From positions 44,085-108,084 of the forward strand of contig DATKTJ010000117.1 in the NCBI GenBank assembly GCA_035531235.1: a stretch of DNA of 64,000 nucleotides, given 5' to 3'. A model generated the notes under the pieces. That model worked only from the letters and a program-made list of their open reading frames with translations, did not search any database and was not told the origin of the DNA. Below are positions 20,999 to 30,758 of the stretch, one piece after another. How positions within the stretch are numbered: the first letter of the stretch is position 1; every line of letters begins with the position of its first letter. The position numbers were made by a program, and so were the translations under genes. Origin of the DNA: Halothiobacillus sp. (GTDB taxonomy: Bacteria; Pseudomonadota; Gammaproteobacteria; Halothiobacillales; Halothiobacillaceae).

Positions 20999-21958
20999 AT
21001 GAATCCCAATTACCTTGAATTTGAACAGCCCATCGCGGAACTGGATGCGAAAATCCGTGAATTGCGGTTAATGGATAATACCGCCGGTTTGGACATCAAC
21101 GAGGAGATTGCGCGGCTTGAGGCCAAGAGTGCCGAGTTGACCCGGTCGATCTTTGGCAATCTCACCGCGTGGCAGATCAATCAGATCGCCCGTCACCCCC
21201 AGCGTCCCTACACCTTCGATTATGTCCAGCATCTGTGTACCGATTTCGTCGAATTGCATGGTGATCGTGCCTTTTCCGATGATCAGGCGCTCGTGGGCGG
21301 CATGGCACGTTTCGAAGGCATACCCGTCATGATCATCGGTCATCAGAAGGGCCGGGATACCAAAGAAAAGATTCGCCGGAATTTCGGCATGCCCCGCCCG
21401 GAGGGCTATCGCAAGGCCAAGCGCTTGATGGAGCTGGCCGCCAAGTTCAAATTGCCGGTATTGACCTTCATTGATACGCCAGGCGCCTATCCGGGCATTG
21501 ACGCGGAAGAGCGTGGTCAGAGCGAGGCGATCGCCCGCAATCTGTATGTCATGGCCGATTTGCCGACACCCATCATTGTGACGGTCATCGGGGAGGGTGG
21601 GTCTGGCGGTGCGCTGGCGATTGGCGTGGGGGATCATGTGATGCAGCTGCAATATGGCACCTATTCGGTCATCTCGCCCGAGGGTTGTGCCTCAATTCTG
21701 TACAAAAGTGCCGAAAAGGCGCCCGAGGCCGCCGAAGCGCTGGGGATCACCGCCCCCCGGTTGCTGGAGCTGGGGTTGATCGACGAAGTGGTGCCTGAAC
21801 CTTGTGGCGGTGCACACCGGGATATTCCACTCATGACGCAAACCCTGAAGGCTTCGATCAAGCGGGCGCTGGTCAAGCAGATGAACCGGCCTGTGGACGC
21901 ACTGCTGTCGCGTCGTTACCAGCGGCTGATGAGTTACGGGCAGTTTCTGGAAGAATAA
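20999..21958 (+). CDS. accA: Acetyl-CoA carboxylase carboxyltransferase alpha
   Basis: [52 protein letters not shown]. Confidence 0.98.
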   Translation: MNPNYLEFEQPIAELDAKIRELRLMDNTAGLDINEEIARLEAKSAELTRSIFGNLTAWQINQIARHPQRPYTFDYVQHLCTDFVELHGDRAFSDDQALVGGMARFEGIPVMIIGHQKGRDTKEKIRRNFGMPRPEGYRKAKRLMELAAKFKLPVLTFIDTPGAYPGIDAEERGQSEAIARNLYVMADLPTPIIVTVIGEGGSGGALAIGVGDHVMQLQYGTYSVISPEGCASILYKSAEKAPEAAEALGITAPRLLELGLIDEVVPEPCGGAHRDIPLMTQTLKASIKRALVKQMNRPVDALLSRRYQRLMSYGQFLEE

Positions 21959-22019
21959 GCCCCGAGGCGTCGTTGAATCCAATGGGGCCGAACCTGCGAA
22001 CTGAACACCGGAGGTCCTG

Positions 22020-23384
22020 ATGGCGTTGGATCATCCCGAGTTTCCCAAAAATGCCCGGCTTGTATTGGCCAGTTCGGGCGGCTCCGATTCCCTGGGTGCA
22101 CTCGTCCGTCTTCATGGGCTTCTGGTCGACGGAACCATCAGCGAGTTGAGCGTCGTCAGCGTGGATCATCAATTGCATCCTGATTCTGCCCGCTGGAGTG
22201 CGCAGGCCTGTGCGCAGGCACAGTTTTTTGGCGTGCCGGCCCACGTGATTCCCGTGACGATACCGCCCCAGAGTGAACAGGGGCATCGTTCGTTGGAGGC
22301 TCGGGCACGGTTGGCGCGATATGCGGCACTGGCCGAATGGATGGTGTGTCAGTTGCCTGATGCGGTGCTTGTCACGGCCCACCATGCCGAAGATCAGGCT
22401 GAGACCGTGCTGCTGGCCGCGCTGCGAGGAAGCGGGGCGGCTGGACTGGCCGCCATGCCGTCCTGGATGCGTTTTGCGAATGGCTGGCATTGGCGTCCCT
22501 TTCTGGATGTGCCCCGCGCAGCATTGCGCGCATCGGCCGCAGAGAGCGGACTTGCTTTCGTGACCGACCCCAGCAATGCCGATTTGCGGCACGACCGCAA
22601 TTATCTCCGTTCGGAAATTTTACCCCGAATCCAAATGCGCTGGCCGCAGGCCGTCGAGCGGCTTGATCAGACAGCCGCCCAGGCGGCTGAGGATATGGGG
22701 TTGCTTATCGCATTGGCCGAACTGGATCTCGGTGGTTCGCTGGATGTGACTGATCTGTCGATAGCCCGCCTCACCGGGCTGCCACGGGCGCGTCTTGCCA
22801 ACCTGCTACGCGCCTGGATGCGACGCCGGGGTGCACTCATGGCACCGCGCGCACGCCTGCGGGCTTTTATTGATCAATTGCAGCAAGCCGCACCTGCGCG
22901 TCTGCCTACCCTGGCTTGGGGCGTATGGCGTATTACCCGGTATCGGGATCGCCTGTATTGGCGGGAACCGGACGTGATTGTGCCGTCCGCACCCGTTACC
23001 TGGACGGACAAGCGCCACCCGGTTTCGTGGTCGGACACCCAAGCCTGGCGCCTTGTACCGACCAATGCCTCGGACCCGCTGGCTATTGATGGCCGCTGGC
23101 TCGACCAACCCTGGTTGCTGCGTATCCGCCAGCCTCAGGATCGCCTTCGAACGCAGGCTCGACGACCTTCCCGAACATTGAAGAACTGGTTTCAGGCACG
23201 GGGTGTCCCGCCATGGGTGCGCGAGACGGTCGTCGTCATCGAGATCAATGGGCAACTTGCCGGGCTCACCGGGTACGGGGTCGATCTTGCGTTCCGTCCC
23301 GCCCTGGGGCAGGACGGATGGCGGGTCGAGGGCGTCTTGTCGGCACCCGTGGTAAAGTTTGCGCCGGATGCGGACGCTGACTGA
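22020..23384 (+). CDS. tilS: tRNA(Ile)-lysidine synthetase
   Basis: PP-loop SGGSDS, EARARLARY, TAHHAEDQAET, DPSN...RNYLR; follows accA. Confidence 0.96.
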   Translation: MALDHPEFPKNARLVLASSGGSDSLGALVRLHGLLVDGTISELSVVSVDHQLHPDSARWSAQACAQAQFFGVPAHVIPVTIPPQSEQGHRSLEARARLARYAALAEWMVCQLPDAVLVTAHHAEDQAETVLLAALRGSGAAGLAAMPSWMRFANGWHWRPFLDVPRAALRASAAESGLAFVTDPSNADLRHDRNYLRSEILPRIQMRWPQAVERLDQTAAQAAEDMGLLIALAELDLGGSLDVTDLSIARLTGLPRARLANLLRAWMRRRGALMAPRARLRAFIDQLQQAAPARLPTLAWGVWRITRYRDRLYWREPDVIVPSAPVTWTDKRHPVSWSDTQAWRLVPTNASDPLAIDGRWLDQPWLLRIRQPQDRLRTQARRPSRTLKNWFQARGVPPWVRETVVVIEINGQLAGLTGYGVDLAFRPALGQDGWRVEGVLSAPVVKFAPDADAD

Positions 23385-23503
23385 ATCCGGCGCCAGCTTG
23401 GGCGGTTCGGTTGGCGCATACGGATCAACCTGAACAACGGGCGTGGTTGTGGTGGAACGAGGTTAAGCGGAACAAGCGTTAATTCACGAAAACAGGGGCA
23501 TGT

Positions 23504-24025
23504 ATGTCGATTCATCTGGAGCATGTGTCACCCCGACGTTGGTCTCGACGGGTCGAACAGATTCTGGCTCAGGTTATGGGCGCGTTGCGGCAAATTTTTG
23601 TAGTTCTGATGATCGTCTACACGCTGATCTGTATTTTCAGCTTCGCTGTCAAACTCTTTACCCTGACAGCGACACACGGCGTTCTGGATTTCACGGCCAT
23701 CAACGAATTACTGACGGATGGCCTGTATGTGCTGATCATTCTGGCTATCGTCAAGTCCCTGTTTTTGAGGAATTCATTCGATTATGCCGTCACCCTGCTG
23801 GAGACCGGATTCGTCGTTCTGATCCGGAAACTCATTTTGCTGCCAACCGATCCCGGAGAGTGGCGGCTGTTGGTGGTGCTTGGCCTGACTTCATCCATTT
23901 TTTTCGTGTTGATTCTCGTGATTCATTATCTGAAACGGCGTTGGCAGCAGCAGGATAAGCAGCAGAAGCAGGCAGCGGAAAAGCCGTCGGCCGGTCTGCG
24001 GGACGTCGAAGAGGGGAACCGATGA
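23504..24025 (+). CDS. Four-TM membrane protein, PsiE-like
   Basis: Four hydrophobic helices; L.VLIIL.IV.S and LETGFVVLIRKLIL pattern typical of the PsiE family. Confidence 0.65.
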   Translation: MSIHLEHVSPRRWSRRVEQILAQVMGALRQIFVVLMIVYTLICIFSFAVKLFTLTATHGVLDFTAINELLTDGLYVLIILAIVKSLFLRNSFDYAVTLLETGFVVLIRKLILLPTDPGEWRLLVVLGLTSSIFFVLILVIHYLKRRWQQQDKQQKQAAEKPSAGLRDVEEGNR

Positions 24026-24775
24026 ATGATTGATCGATCAGATCTATTGTCCTTTTGCGACGCGCTTCTGGAGAGTCCCGGCATGCCGGACTACACCGCC
24101 AATGGATTGCAGGTCGAGGGCCGCGCCCGAATTTCGCATATCGTGACCGGGGTGACGGCCTGTCAGGATCTGATTGACGCCGCGATTGATCTTCGGGCGG
24201 ATGCCATTATTGTGCATCACGGGTACTTCTGGAAAAACGAACCGGCGCCGATTGTCGGCATGAAGTATCGACGGATTGCCGCCCTGATTAAGCATGATAT
24301 TAATTTGCTTGCCTATCATTTGCCGCTCGATCGCCAGCCGGAATTCGGCAACAATGCTGCGCTCGCCGCGCGACTCGGGTTGAATGACTGCAGTCTGTTC
24401 GGTGCTCAGGCGCTGGCGTTGGTCGGCACCTTGGCGCAGCCATGCTCCGTGGCAGAGTTGAGCCGACGCCTTGAGCTGGCCCTGGGGCGTTTGCCCCTGG
24501 TTGTTGGCCCCGCTGATCGCAGCCTCCGTCGAATCGGTCTGTGTACCGGGGGTGCGCAAGACTACATCACGGAAGCAGCTGCACTGGGCTTGGACGCTTT
24601 TATCTCCGGGGAGATCAGTGAACGCACCACGCATGTTGCCAGGGAAGAGGGCATTGTGTATTTTGCGGCCGGGCATCACGCGACCGAGCGTGATGGTGTT
24701 CGGTTATTGGGCGAACGGATTGCCGCCCAGTTCGATGTGAGTGTGACTTTTGTCGATATCGACAATCCGGTGTGA
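24026..24775 (+). CDS. Nif3-like dinuclear metal centre protein (YbgI/DUF34)
   Basis: NGLQVEG, IVHHGYFW, AYHLPLD, AGHHATE; commonly sits next to petA. Confidence 0.94.
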   Translation: MIDRSDLLSFCDALLESPGMPDYTANGLQVEGRARISHIVTGVTACQDLIDAAIDLRADAIIVHHGYFWKNEPAPIVGMKYRRIAALIKHDINLLAYHLPLDRQPEFGNNAALAARLGLNDCSLFGAQALALVGTLAQPCSVAELSRRLELALGRLPLVVGPADRSLRRIGLCTGGAQDYITEAAALGLDAFISGEISERTTHVAREEGIVYFAAGHHATERDGVRLLGERIAAQFDVSVTFVDIDNPV

Positions 24776-25047
24776 AGCCGGCGTGTGCTGCCATGAGTCG
24801 GCACGTGATAAAGATGTCATGAATTGGATTAATGACACTTGTTTGACGTTGGTGGCGTGAACCGTAACACTCGTAAGGTTTGCATGATAAAAGCCACCGA
24901 TCATCAGGGGGCATGTTGCATGTGTGGTCGGATGTCGAGCGTACCGGACCCAGATTCTGGCGGACGTGAAGACGCGGATCGCGGGCAAGCGCATGTGATC
25001 AGACGGGTAAAACGGTCTGTTTTTGATTTTTTTGGAGCGAGTAATTG

Positions 25048-25644
25048 ATGGCTGATATTCCTGTAAATTCTGCGCGTCGGCGATTTCTGACGGGATCGGC
25101 CACCGCCGTGGGTGCGGTCGGGATGGGATTCGTTGGCGTTCCTTTTCTGTCTTCCTTTGAGCCAAGTGCCAAGGCCGAGGCTGCCGGTGCGCCGGTCGAT
25201 ATCAATATCGCCAAACTGGTGCCGGGCCAGATGGTCACCGTGGCGTGGCGTGGCCAGCCCATTTATGTGGTGAACCGTACCGACAAGATGATCGAGGCGC
25301 TGCCTTCCCTGGATAGCCAACTGCTGGATCCAGACAGTAAGCAGGTCACTCAGCAGCCCCAATATGCCGACAATTTTTACCGTTCGCGCAAAAAGTCCAT
25401 ATTTGTCGTGGTCGGGATCTGTACCCATTTGGGCTGTGCGCCGACCTACCGTCCTGAAGTAGCACCGAAGGATCTGGGTCCCGAGTGGAAAGGGGGTTTC
25501 TTCTGCCCATGCCACGGCTCCAAGTATGATCTGGCCGGACGGGTGTATAAATCGATGCCTGCACCGCTGAATCTTCTGGTTCCGGATTACATTTTTGCCA
25601 GTGAAGATCTGATTCGCGTCGGTGTTGCGGAGAAAAAAGCATGA
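25048..25644 (+). CDS. petA: Ubiquinol-cytochrome c reductase Rieske Fe-S subunit
   Basis: Tat RRRFL, CTHLGC, CPCHGS. Confidence 0.98.
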   Translation: MADIPVNSARRRFLTGSATAVGAVGMGFVGVPFLSSFEPSAKAEAAGAPVDINIAKLVPGQMVTVAWRGQPIYVVNRTDKMIEALPSLDSQLLDPDSKQVTQQPQYADNFYRSRKKSIFVVVGICTHLGCAPTYRPEVAPKDLGPEWKGGFFCPCHGSKYDLAGRVYKSMPAPLNLLVPDYIFASEDLIRVGVAEKKA

Positions 25645-26852
25645 TTAAAAAGCTCGGCAAATGGGTCGATGATCGTTTACCGATCTCCCACTTCTGGAAT
25701 GCGCATCTCGCACAATACTACGTGCCGAGAAACTTCAATTTCTGGTATTTCTTCGGTTCAACCCTGCTGGCAATTTTTGTCATTCAGATCGTGACCGGTA
25801 TCTGGCTGGCCATGAGCTACAAGCCCTCTGCGGCGGAGGCATTCAATTCCGTCGAGTACATCATGCGCGATGTGCACTGGGGCTGGTTGATTCGCTACAT
25901 GCACTCCACCGGCGCGTCGTTCTTCTTCATCGCCGTGTATCTGCACATGTTCCGCGGCATGATGTATGGCTCGTACAAAAAGCCCCGAGAACTGATCTGG
26001 ATCTTTGGCGTACTGATCCTGCTGGCGCTGATGGCCGAGGCCTTCATGGGCTATCTGCTTCCCTGGGGGCAGATGTCCTTCTGGGGCGCTCAGGTGATTA
26101 TTTCCCTTTTTGGCTCGATTCCCTACATCGGGCCGGATCTGGCGCTCTGGATCCGCGGGGATTACGTGGTATCGGACGTCACCCTGAACCGATTTTTCGC
26201 ACTGCATGTGATTGCGTTGCCGCTGGTTCTGCTGTTCCTGATCGGCGGTCATATCATGGCCCTGCACGAGGTGGGCTCGAACAATCCGGATGGACGTGAA
26301 ATCAAGAACAACAAGGACGAACACGGTAAACCGGTGGACGGCATTCCTTTTCACCCGTATTACACGGTGAAAGACCTCCTTGGTCTGGGGGTATTCCTGT
26401 TCCTGTTTGCCTTGGTGATCTTCTATTGGCCGGATGGCGGTGGCAAGTTTCTGGAGGCGCCCAATTTCATCCCTGCTGATCCGTTGAAAACGCCGGAACA
26501 CATTGCGCCTGTCTGGTATTTCGCCCCGCATTACGCGATTCTGCGCGCGATTCCGGACAAGTTCCTCGGTGTGATCGCCATGGGCTCCGCGATCATGATT
26601 TTCTTTTTCATGCCCTGGATTGATCGTGGCATGACCAAGTCCATCCGGTACCGCTCCCTGGCGTTCAAGGTGATCCTGTTCGCATTCGTGATTGCCTTCA
26701 TCAGCCTCGGCTATCTGGGTACGCAACCGGTGAGCTACTGGCATACCCTGTTTGCGCGGATTTTCACCGTCATCTACTTTGGCTTTTTCGTGGCGCTTTT
26801 CGTGGTCAGCCGAGTTGAAAAAACAAAACCTGTTCCGGAGCGGTTGACATGA
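25641..26852 (+). CDS. petB: Cytochrome b
   Basis: RYMHSTGAS, LPWGQMSFWGA, RFFALH, Qo motif variant PVWY. Confidence 0.98.
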   Translation: MIKKLGKWVDDRLPISHFWNAHLAQYYVPRNFNFWYFFGSTLLAIFVIQIVTGIWLAMSYKPSAAEAFNSVEYIMRDVHWGWLIRYMHSTGASFFFIAVYLHMFRGMMYGSYKKPRELIWIFGVLILLALMAEAFMGYLLPWGQMSFWGAQVIISLFGSIPYIGPDLALWIRGDYVVSDVTLNRFFALHVIALPLVLLFLIGGHIMALHEVGSNNPDGREIKNNKDEHGKPVDGIPFHPYYTVKDLLGLGVFLFLFALVIFYWPDGGGKFLEAPNFIPADPLKTPEHIAPVWYFAPHYAILRAIPDKFLGVIAMGSAIMIFFFMPWIDRGMTKSIRYRSLAFKVILFAFVIAFISLGYLGTQPVSYWHTLFARIFTVIYFGFFVALFVVSRVEKTKPVPERLT

Positions 26853-27613
26853 TTAGAGCGTTTGTCTTCGTAATTGCGAACCTGTTGGGTGTTTCCACGG
26901 TTCTGGCTTCGGGGGGAGACGGTGTCCCGCTCAAGCATGTCGATGTCAATTTCAGCGACAAGGCAGCATTGTATCGGGGTGCGGAAACCTACCTGGCCCG
27001 ATGTGCCACCTGCCATAGTGCTAAATACATGCGTTATGGCCGGGTTGCGACCGATCTGAAGCTGAATGAGAAGCAGCTGGCAGCCTTGCTGCCGCCGGGC
27101 GCCAAACCGGGTAGTGAGATGATGGGCTTCATGTCTGAGGATTATGCCAAGGAAACCTTTGGTGTCGTACCGCCGGATCTGAGCCTGATTGCCCGCGTCA
27201 AAGGGGCAGACTGGATATATACCTATCTCACCTCGTTCTATGCCGATCCAACCAAGCGTTGGGGCGTCAACAATGCGGTGTTTCCAGATGTGGGGATGCC
27301 GGATGTTTTCGCAGCGGAGCAGGGTGTACTGCAACCGGTGTATAAGGATGTGAAATTGCCTGATGGTTCGATCGACAAGCGTCTGTCGCATCTGGAGGGA
27401 CCACTGATACCGGGCAGCATGTCACCGGCCGAGTTTGATCAGACGGTCAAGGATTTGGTGTCGTTCATGGTCTATATGTCGGAACCTGCCAAGATGCAGC
27501 GCATGGCATATGGTCCGTATGTTCTGATATTCATTCTGCTTTTCACGGTGTTGATGTACTTCGTCAAGAAAGAGTATTGGCGTGATATCAAGAAGGTGCC
27601 GGATAGCGACTGA
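26849..27613 (+). CDS. petC: Cytochrome c1
   Basis: CATCH heme motif, PPDLSL, C-terminal TM then KKEYW. Confidence 0.97.
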   Translation: MIRAFVFVIANLLGVSTVLASGGDGVPLKHVDVNFSDKAALYRGAETYLARCATCHSAKYMRYGRVATDLKLNEKQLAALLPPGAKPGSEMMGFMSEDYAKETFGVVPPDLSLIARVKGADWIYTYLTSFYADPTKRWGVNNAVFPDVGMPDVFAAEQGVLQPVYKDVKLPDGSIDKRLSHLEGPLIPGSMSPAEFDQTVKDLVSFMVYMSEPAKMQRMAYGPYVLIFILLFTVLMYFVKKEYWRDIKKVPDSD

Positions 27614-27631
27614 TCATCGGCGCTCCGATTG

Positions 27632-27668
27632 AAAAGCCATGTGAAGGATGCTTCACGTGGCTTTTTTT
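27632..27668 (+). terminator. Rho-independent terminator after petC
   Basis: AAAGCCATGTGAAG-GATG-CTTCACGTGGCTTT stem followed by a T run. Confidence 0.85.
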
Positions 27669-27865
27669 ATAACGAGCGTCATGGTGTGCGGGCTCCTTAA
27701 TATCCGCAGGCGTCATGATTTGGGGATAGCCGCGTGCCACCCAGTAGGCGCACTTCCGCAAGCTCGGGTTGCGTTCGAGTTCGGGATCATGCGCGGGGTC
27801 AGAGTCGGATTCGGCGGGATGATTGGTCTGCAATGACGGAACGGGTGATGTCCTGTTATCGGGCT

Positions 27866-29011
27866 TTATCTGGGGGATTGGCTCGTGCGCCAGTCATGGA
27901 CGGCTTGTTTCGTCCGTTCGGCGATCAATTCGCGACTACGGGTCATGGCCTCCGAGCAGGATATTTGCGCGGTACAGAGGCTCCAGGCAGCCGTCAGCCC
28001 CATGTTGTGGATTTCTTCCACGGAGATGTGCACGGCGCCAGCGATGGCGATTACCGGTTTGTGCAGACTGCCGGCGCGATGCGCCACTTCGGCAACCACT
28101 TTTCCCGCCAAGGTCTGCGCATCGAGATTGCCTTCCCCGGTGATGATCAGATTCGCGCGTGCGATGGCGTCATCGAGCCCGATCAGGTCGGCGATATAAC
28201 GGCTGCCGCTGTGTCGTGTGGCTCCCAGTACAGCCATCAGCGCGAATCCCAATCCACCGGCCGCGCCGGTGCCGGGTTGATCGGTAGAGCCGGGCAGGGT
28301 GTGGCTACCCGCGATTCGTCGGGCAATGTGTTGGATCCTGGTATCCATTTCGTGGATCTGATGACGTAGCAGCCCTTTCTGCGGGCCAAAAACGGCACTG
28401 GCGCCCTGGGCGCCGGTCAGTGGGTTGTCGACATCGGTTAATACGATGAGTTGCGTTGCTGCCAGACGCGGGTCCAGCCGGTGGAAATCCACCTCATGCA
28501 ATGCCCCAAGTGCGCCGGGGTTGGGCGGCAGAGGATGCCCGCTGACATCCTTGAATACGACACCGAGTGCGGCCAACATGCCGGCGCCGGCATCGTTGGT
28601 GCCGCTGCCACCGAGTCCGATCAGCATTTGGGTCGCCCCCGTATCGAGCGCGGCCAGAATCAACTCGCCCACACCGTACGTGTCACGCCGCCAAATATCC
28701 CGATTGGTTTCAGTCAGTAGGCCCAAACCACAGGCTGAGGTGACCTCAATGACCGCCTGACGGGATTGGGGGGCATATCCCCATTTGGCTTGAACGGGGT
28801 GCCCTTCGGGCCCGTGGATGAGCGTTTGTTGCCATTTCCCGCCCAGGGTCTCATTGACGATGGCCGCCATGCCTTCTCCACCGTCGGCCATGGGGCGTAT
28901 TTCAAGCGTGGAATCCGGCCATTCCTGCAGAATGCCGTCCGCCATGGCCTGTGCAACTGCCGGGCTGGATAGGCTGCCTTTGAAACTATCGGGGCAGAGG
29001 ACTATGTGCAT
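27866..29011 (-). CDS. Glycerate kinase (GlxK/GarK family)
   Basis: PDSFKGSLSS, PMADGGEG, GLGGSGTNDAG, FGPQKG, GAAGGLG, ITGEG.LD.QT..GK. Confidence 0.95.
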   Translation of the reverse strand: MHIVLCPDSFKGSLSSPAVAQAMADGILQEWPDSTLEIRPMADGGEGMAAIVNETLGGKWQQTLIHGPEGHPVQAKWGYAPQSRQAVIEVTSACGLGLLTETNRDIWRRDTYGVGELILAALDTGATQMLIGLGGSGTNDAGAGMLAALGVVFKDVSGHPLPPNPGALGALHEVDFHRLDPRLAATQLIVLTDVDNPLTGAQGASAVFGPQKGLLRHQIHEMDTRIQHIARRIAGSHTLPGSTDQPGTGAAGGLGFALMAVLGATRHSGSRYIADLIGLDDAIARANLIITGEGNLDAQTLAGKVVAEVAHRAGSLHKPVIAIAGAVHISVEEIHNMGLTAAWSLCTAQISCSEAMTRSRELIAERTKQAVHDWRTSQSPR

Positions 29012-29055
29012 AAAACTCGGTGCTCACATTCGGATGAGATTTCCGCCCACATGGT

Positions 29056-29096
29056 AAAAGAAAAAAGCCCCGGAGGAATTTTCCTTCGGGGCTTCT
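29056..29096 (-). terminator. Rho-independent terminator of the tRNA operon
   Basis: Minus strand AAGCCCCGAAGGAAAATTCCTCCGGGGCTTTTTTCTTTT. Confidence 0.85.
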
Positions 29097-29172
29097 TGTC
29101 GTCAGTATTCTGGAAGCTCTCTGCAGTGATAAGCGTATTCACTGCTGAGCTGTCGTCAATACCGTTAGGGTA

Positions 29173-29248
29173 TGGCGTCCCCACGGGGATTCGAACCCCG
29201 GTTACCGCCGTGAAAGGGCGATGTCCTAGGCCTCTAGACGATGGGGAC
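29173..29248 (-). tRNA. tRNA-Glu(TTC), copy 2
   Basis: GTCCCCATCGTCTAGAGGCCTAGGACATCGCCCTTTCACGGCGGTAACCGGGGTTCGAATCCCCGTGGGGACGCCA. Confidence 0.98.
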
Positions 29249-29347
29249 AATGAGGCAATTCGAGTCTTGCGACTCTGTGGTCTGTTCTATGCTGAACCTT
29301 TACGGTTCGATGATCAATTGAATCGGTGATCCAGTCAATCGGGAAAT

Positions 29348-29423
29348 TGGCGTCCCCACGGGGATTCGAACCCCGGTTACCGCCGTGAAAGGGCGATGTC
29401 CTAGGCCTCTAGACGATGGGGAC
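29348..29423 (-). tRNA. tRNA-Glu(TTC), copy 1
   Basis: Identical 76-nt sequence with encoded CCA. Confidence 0.98.
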
Positions 29424-29424
29424 A

Positions 29425-29501
29425 TGGTGCGCCCGGAAGGATTCGAACCTCCGACCCTCTGGTTCGTAGCCAGATACTCTATCCAACTGAGCTACGGGCG
29501 C
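29425..29501 (-). tRNA. tRNA-Arg(ACG)
   Basis: GCGCCCGTAGCTCAGTTGGATAGAGTATCTGGCTACGAACCAGAGGGTCGGAGGTTCGAATCCTTCCGGGCGCACCA. Confidence 0.98.
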
Positions 29502-29502
29502 T

Positions 29503-29578
29503 TGGCTCCCTGAGTAGGACTCGAACCTACGACCCAATGATTAACAGTCATTTGCTCTACCAACTGAGCTATCAGGGA
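29503..29578 (-). tRNA. tRNA-Asn(GTT)
   Basis: TCCCTGATAGCTCAGTTGGTAGAGCAAATGACTGTTAATCATTGGGTCGTAGGTTCGAGTCCTACTCAGGGAGCCA. Confidence 0.98.
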
Positions 29579-29594
29579 ATACGTCTTGCAACGT

Positions 29595-29631
29595 GGAGCG
29601 GCATATTAATGATCAAGGCCGGTGGCGTCAA
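29595..29631 (-). promoter_or_regulatory. Sigma70 promoter of the tRNA operon with GC-rich discriminator
   Basis: Minus strand TTGACG (29631-29626), 17-nt spacer, TAATAT (29608-29603), then GCCGCTCC. Confidence 0.75.
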
Positions 29632-29693
29632 GGCTGAATTCGATATTTTTGGACATCTGGCCGGCCTGGGGGATATGCGTCTATTCGGGAACC

Positions 29694-30212
29694 TTACATT
29701 AGCTCGAGTTCGTCCTCGATGACCTTGGCGCCAGCGCTGGCACATTCCTCGTCTGTTTTGCCCGAAGGGGCGCCTGAAACGCCAATGGCGCCATAGGTTT
29801 GGCCGCCTGCCTGGATCGGTACGCCGCCTGCCCCGAAGAACAGCCCCGGTACGCGCCCCAGAGCGCCATCTCCGCGATCACCCAGGGAAGAGGTGGGCGC
29901 AGTGAATGATATGGCCGTATAGGCCTTCATACGTGAAATGGTGAGCGTCAAATCCGGCGCAAGCACGTCGCGTAGTACCACCTGGGGATTGCCCCCCCGA
30001 TCGACGACGGTGACGCCGATCTGGATCCCTTTGCCCCGGCAGGTGTGGATGGCTGCTTCTGCTGCCTTGAGCGCCATTTCCATGGAGAGCCGCTTGATGG
30101 TGATGACCGGTGGTTCATCGGCTGCCTGGACCGTGGTCATGGCGAGATTCAGACCGAAGCCCAGTGCCACGGCGATGGCCGTTTTTTTATTCATGTATTT
30201 CTGGATATTCAT
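29694..30212 (-). CDS. Exported GlcG/HbpS-family heme-binding protein
   Basis: Signal peptide (..VQA/ADE), GVTVVDRGG, KAYTA, GGVPI...GAIGVSGAP..DEECA. Confidence 0.85.
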   Translation of the reverse strand: MNIQKYMNKKTAIAVALGFGLNLAMTTVQAADEPPVITIKRLSMEMALKAAEAAIHTCRGKGIQIGVTVVDRGGNPQVVLRDVLAPDLTLTISRMKAYTAISFTAPTSSLGDRGDGALGRVPGLFFGAGGVPIQAGGQTYGAIGVSGAPSGKTDEECASAGAKVIEDELELM

Positions 30213-30287
30213 GGTGACTCCTTACGTTTTACATCGCTTCAAACTGGGCGAGTACTCATCGGGGCTGACCGGGGTGCCCGAATCCGG

Positions 30288-30758
30288 TCAGAGAAATCGC
30301 GCGAGCAGTCGCTGGCTCTGGTGATCCAGTTCGGACTGCTGTGGTATCAGAAAATGCAGGCCGAATTTGTCGGTAATCAGCAGGGCGCCGGACGGGAGAT
30401 AACGAATGTCGTCCTCGGTTTTCAACAACAGCTCTGCGTCACCACGGTCCGTCTCCAAGTACCAGCGGCTCGGTGTGGCGTAGCTCGATACAGTACGGAT
30501 GCGCAGGATCCGGGGAATCAGTTCCCGCTGTGCCAGGATGGCTTCGATCTGGTTCGCCGTTTCGGATGGCAGCGTATCGAGATCCTCGATCCACAAGCGC
30601 TCATGCCCTTGTTGATCAACCAGTGCGATGTACTGTCGGGGACTGCCGAGGGGGAAAGCGCGCACCGGCACCACGTCAACAGGCGCTTCATTCGTCGCTG
30701 TATGCAGTTGCAGCGTACCGAACGGGTCGAGGGTCAGCATGCGGTCAGTCTGTTGCAT
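30288..30758 (-). CDS. DUF1854-like protein associated with cyanophycin loci
   Basis: PVRAFP, I.LVD..G.E..WI, L..RE..P.I.RI, TPS.W..ETDRG, D..G..FLI; overlaps the ABC gene stop. Family name is from memory. Confidence 0.75.
   Translation of the reverse strand: MQQTDRMLTLDPFGTLQLHTATNEAPVDVVPVRAFPLGSPRQYIALVDQQGHERLWIEDLDTLPSETANQIEAILAQRELIPRILRIRTVSSYATPSRWYLETDRGDAELLLKTEDDIRYLPSGALLITDKFGLHFLIPQQSELDHQSQRLLARFL

Noticed and set aside
27588-27865. Small ORFs or an ncRNA between petC and glycerate kinase
   Set aside because: The ORFs cross the terminator or overlap real genes and show no motifs; no RNA family recognised.
29173-29423. 76-nt exact direct repeat as a possible att site or CRISPR-like repeat
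   Set aside because: Both copies are complete tRNA-Glu genes within one operon; no integrase, cas gene or further repeats seen.
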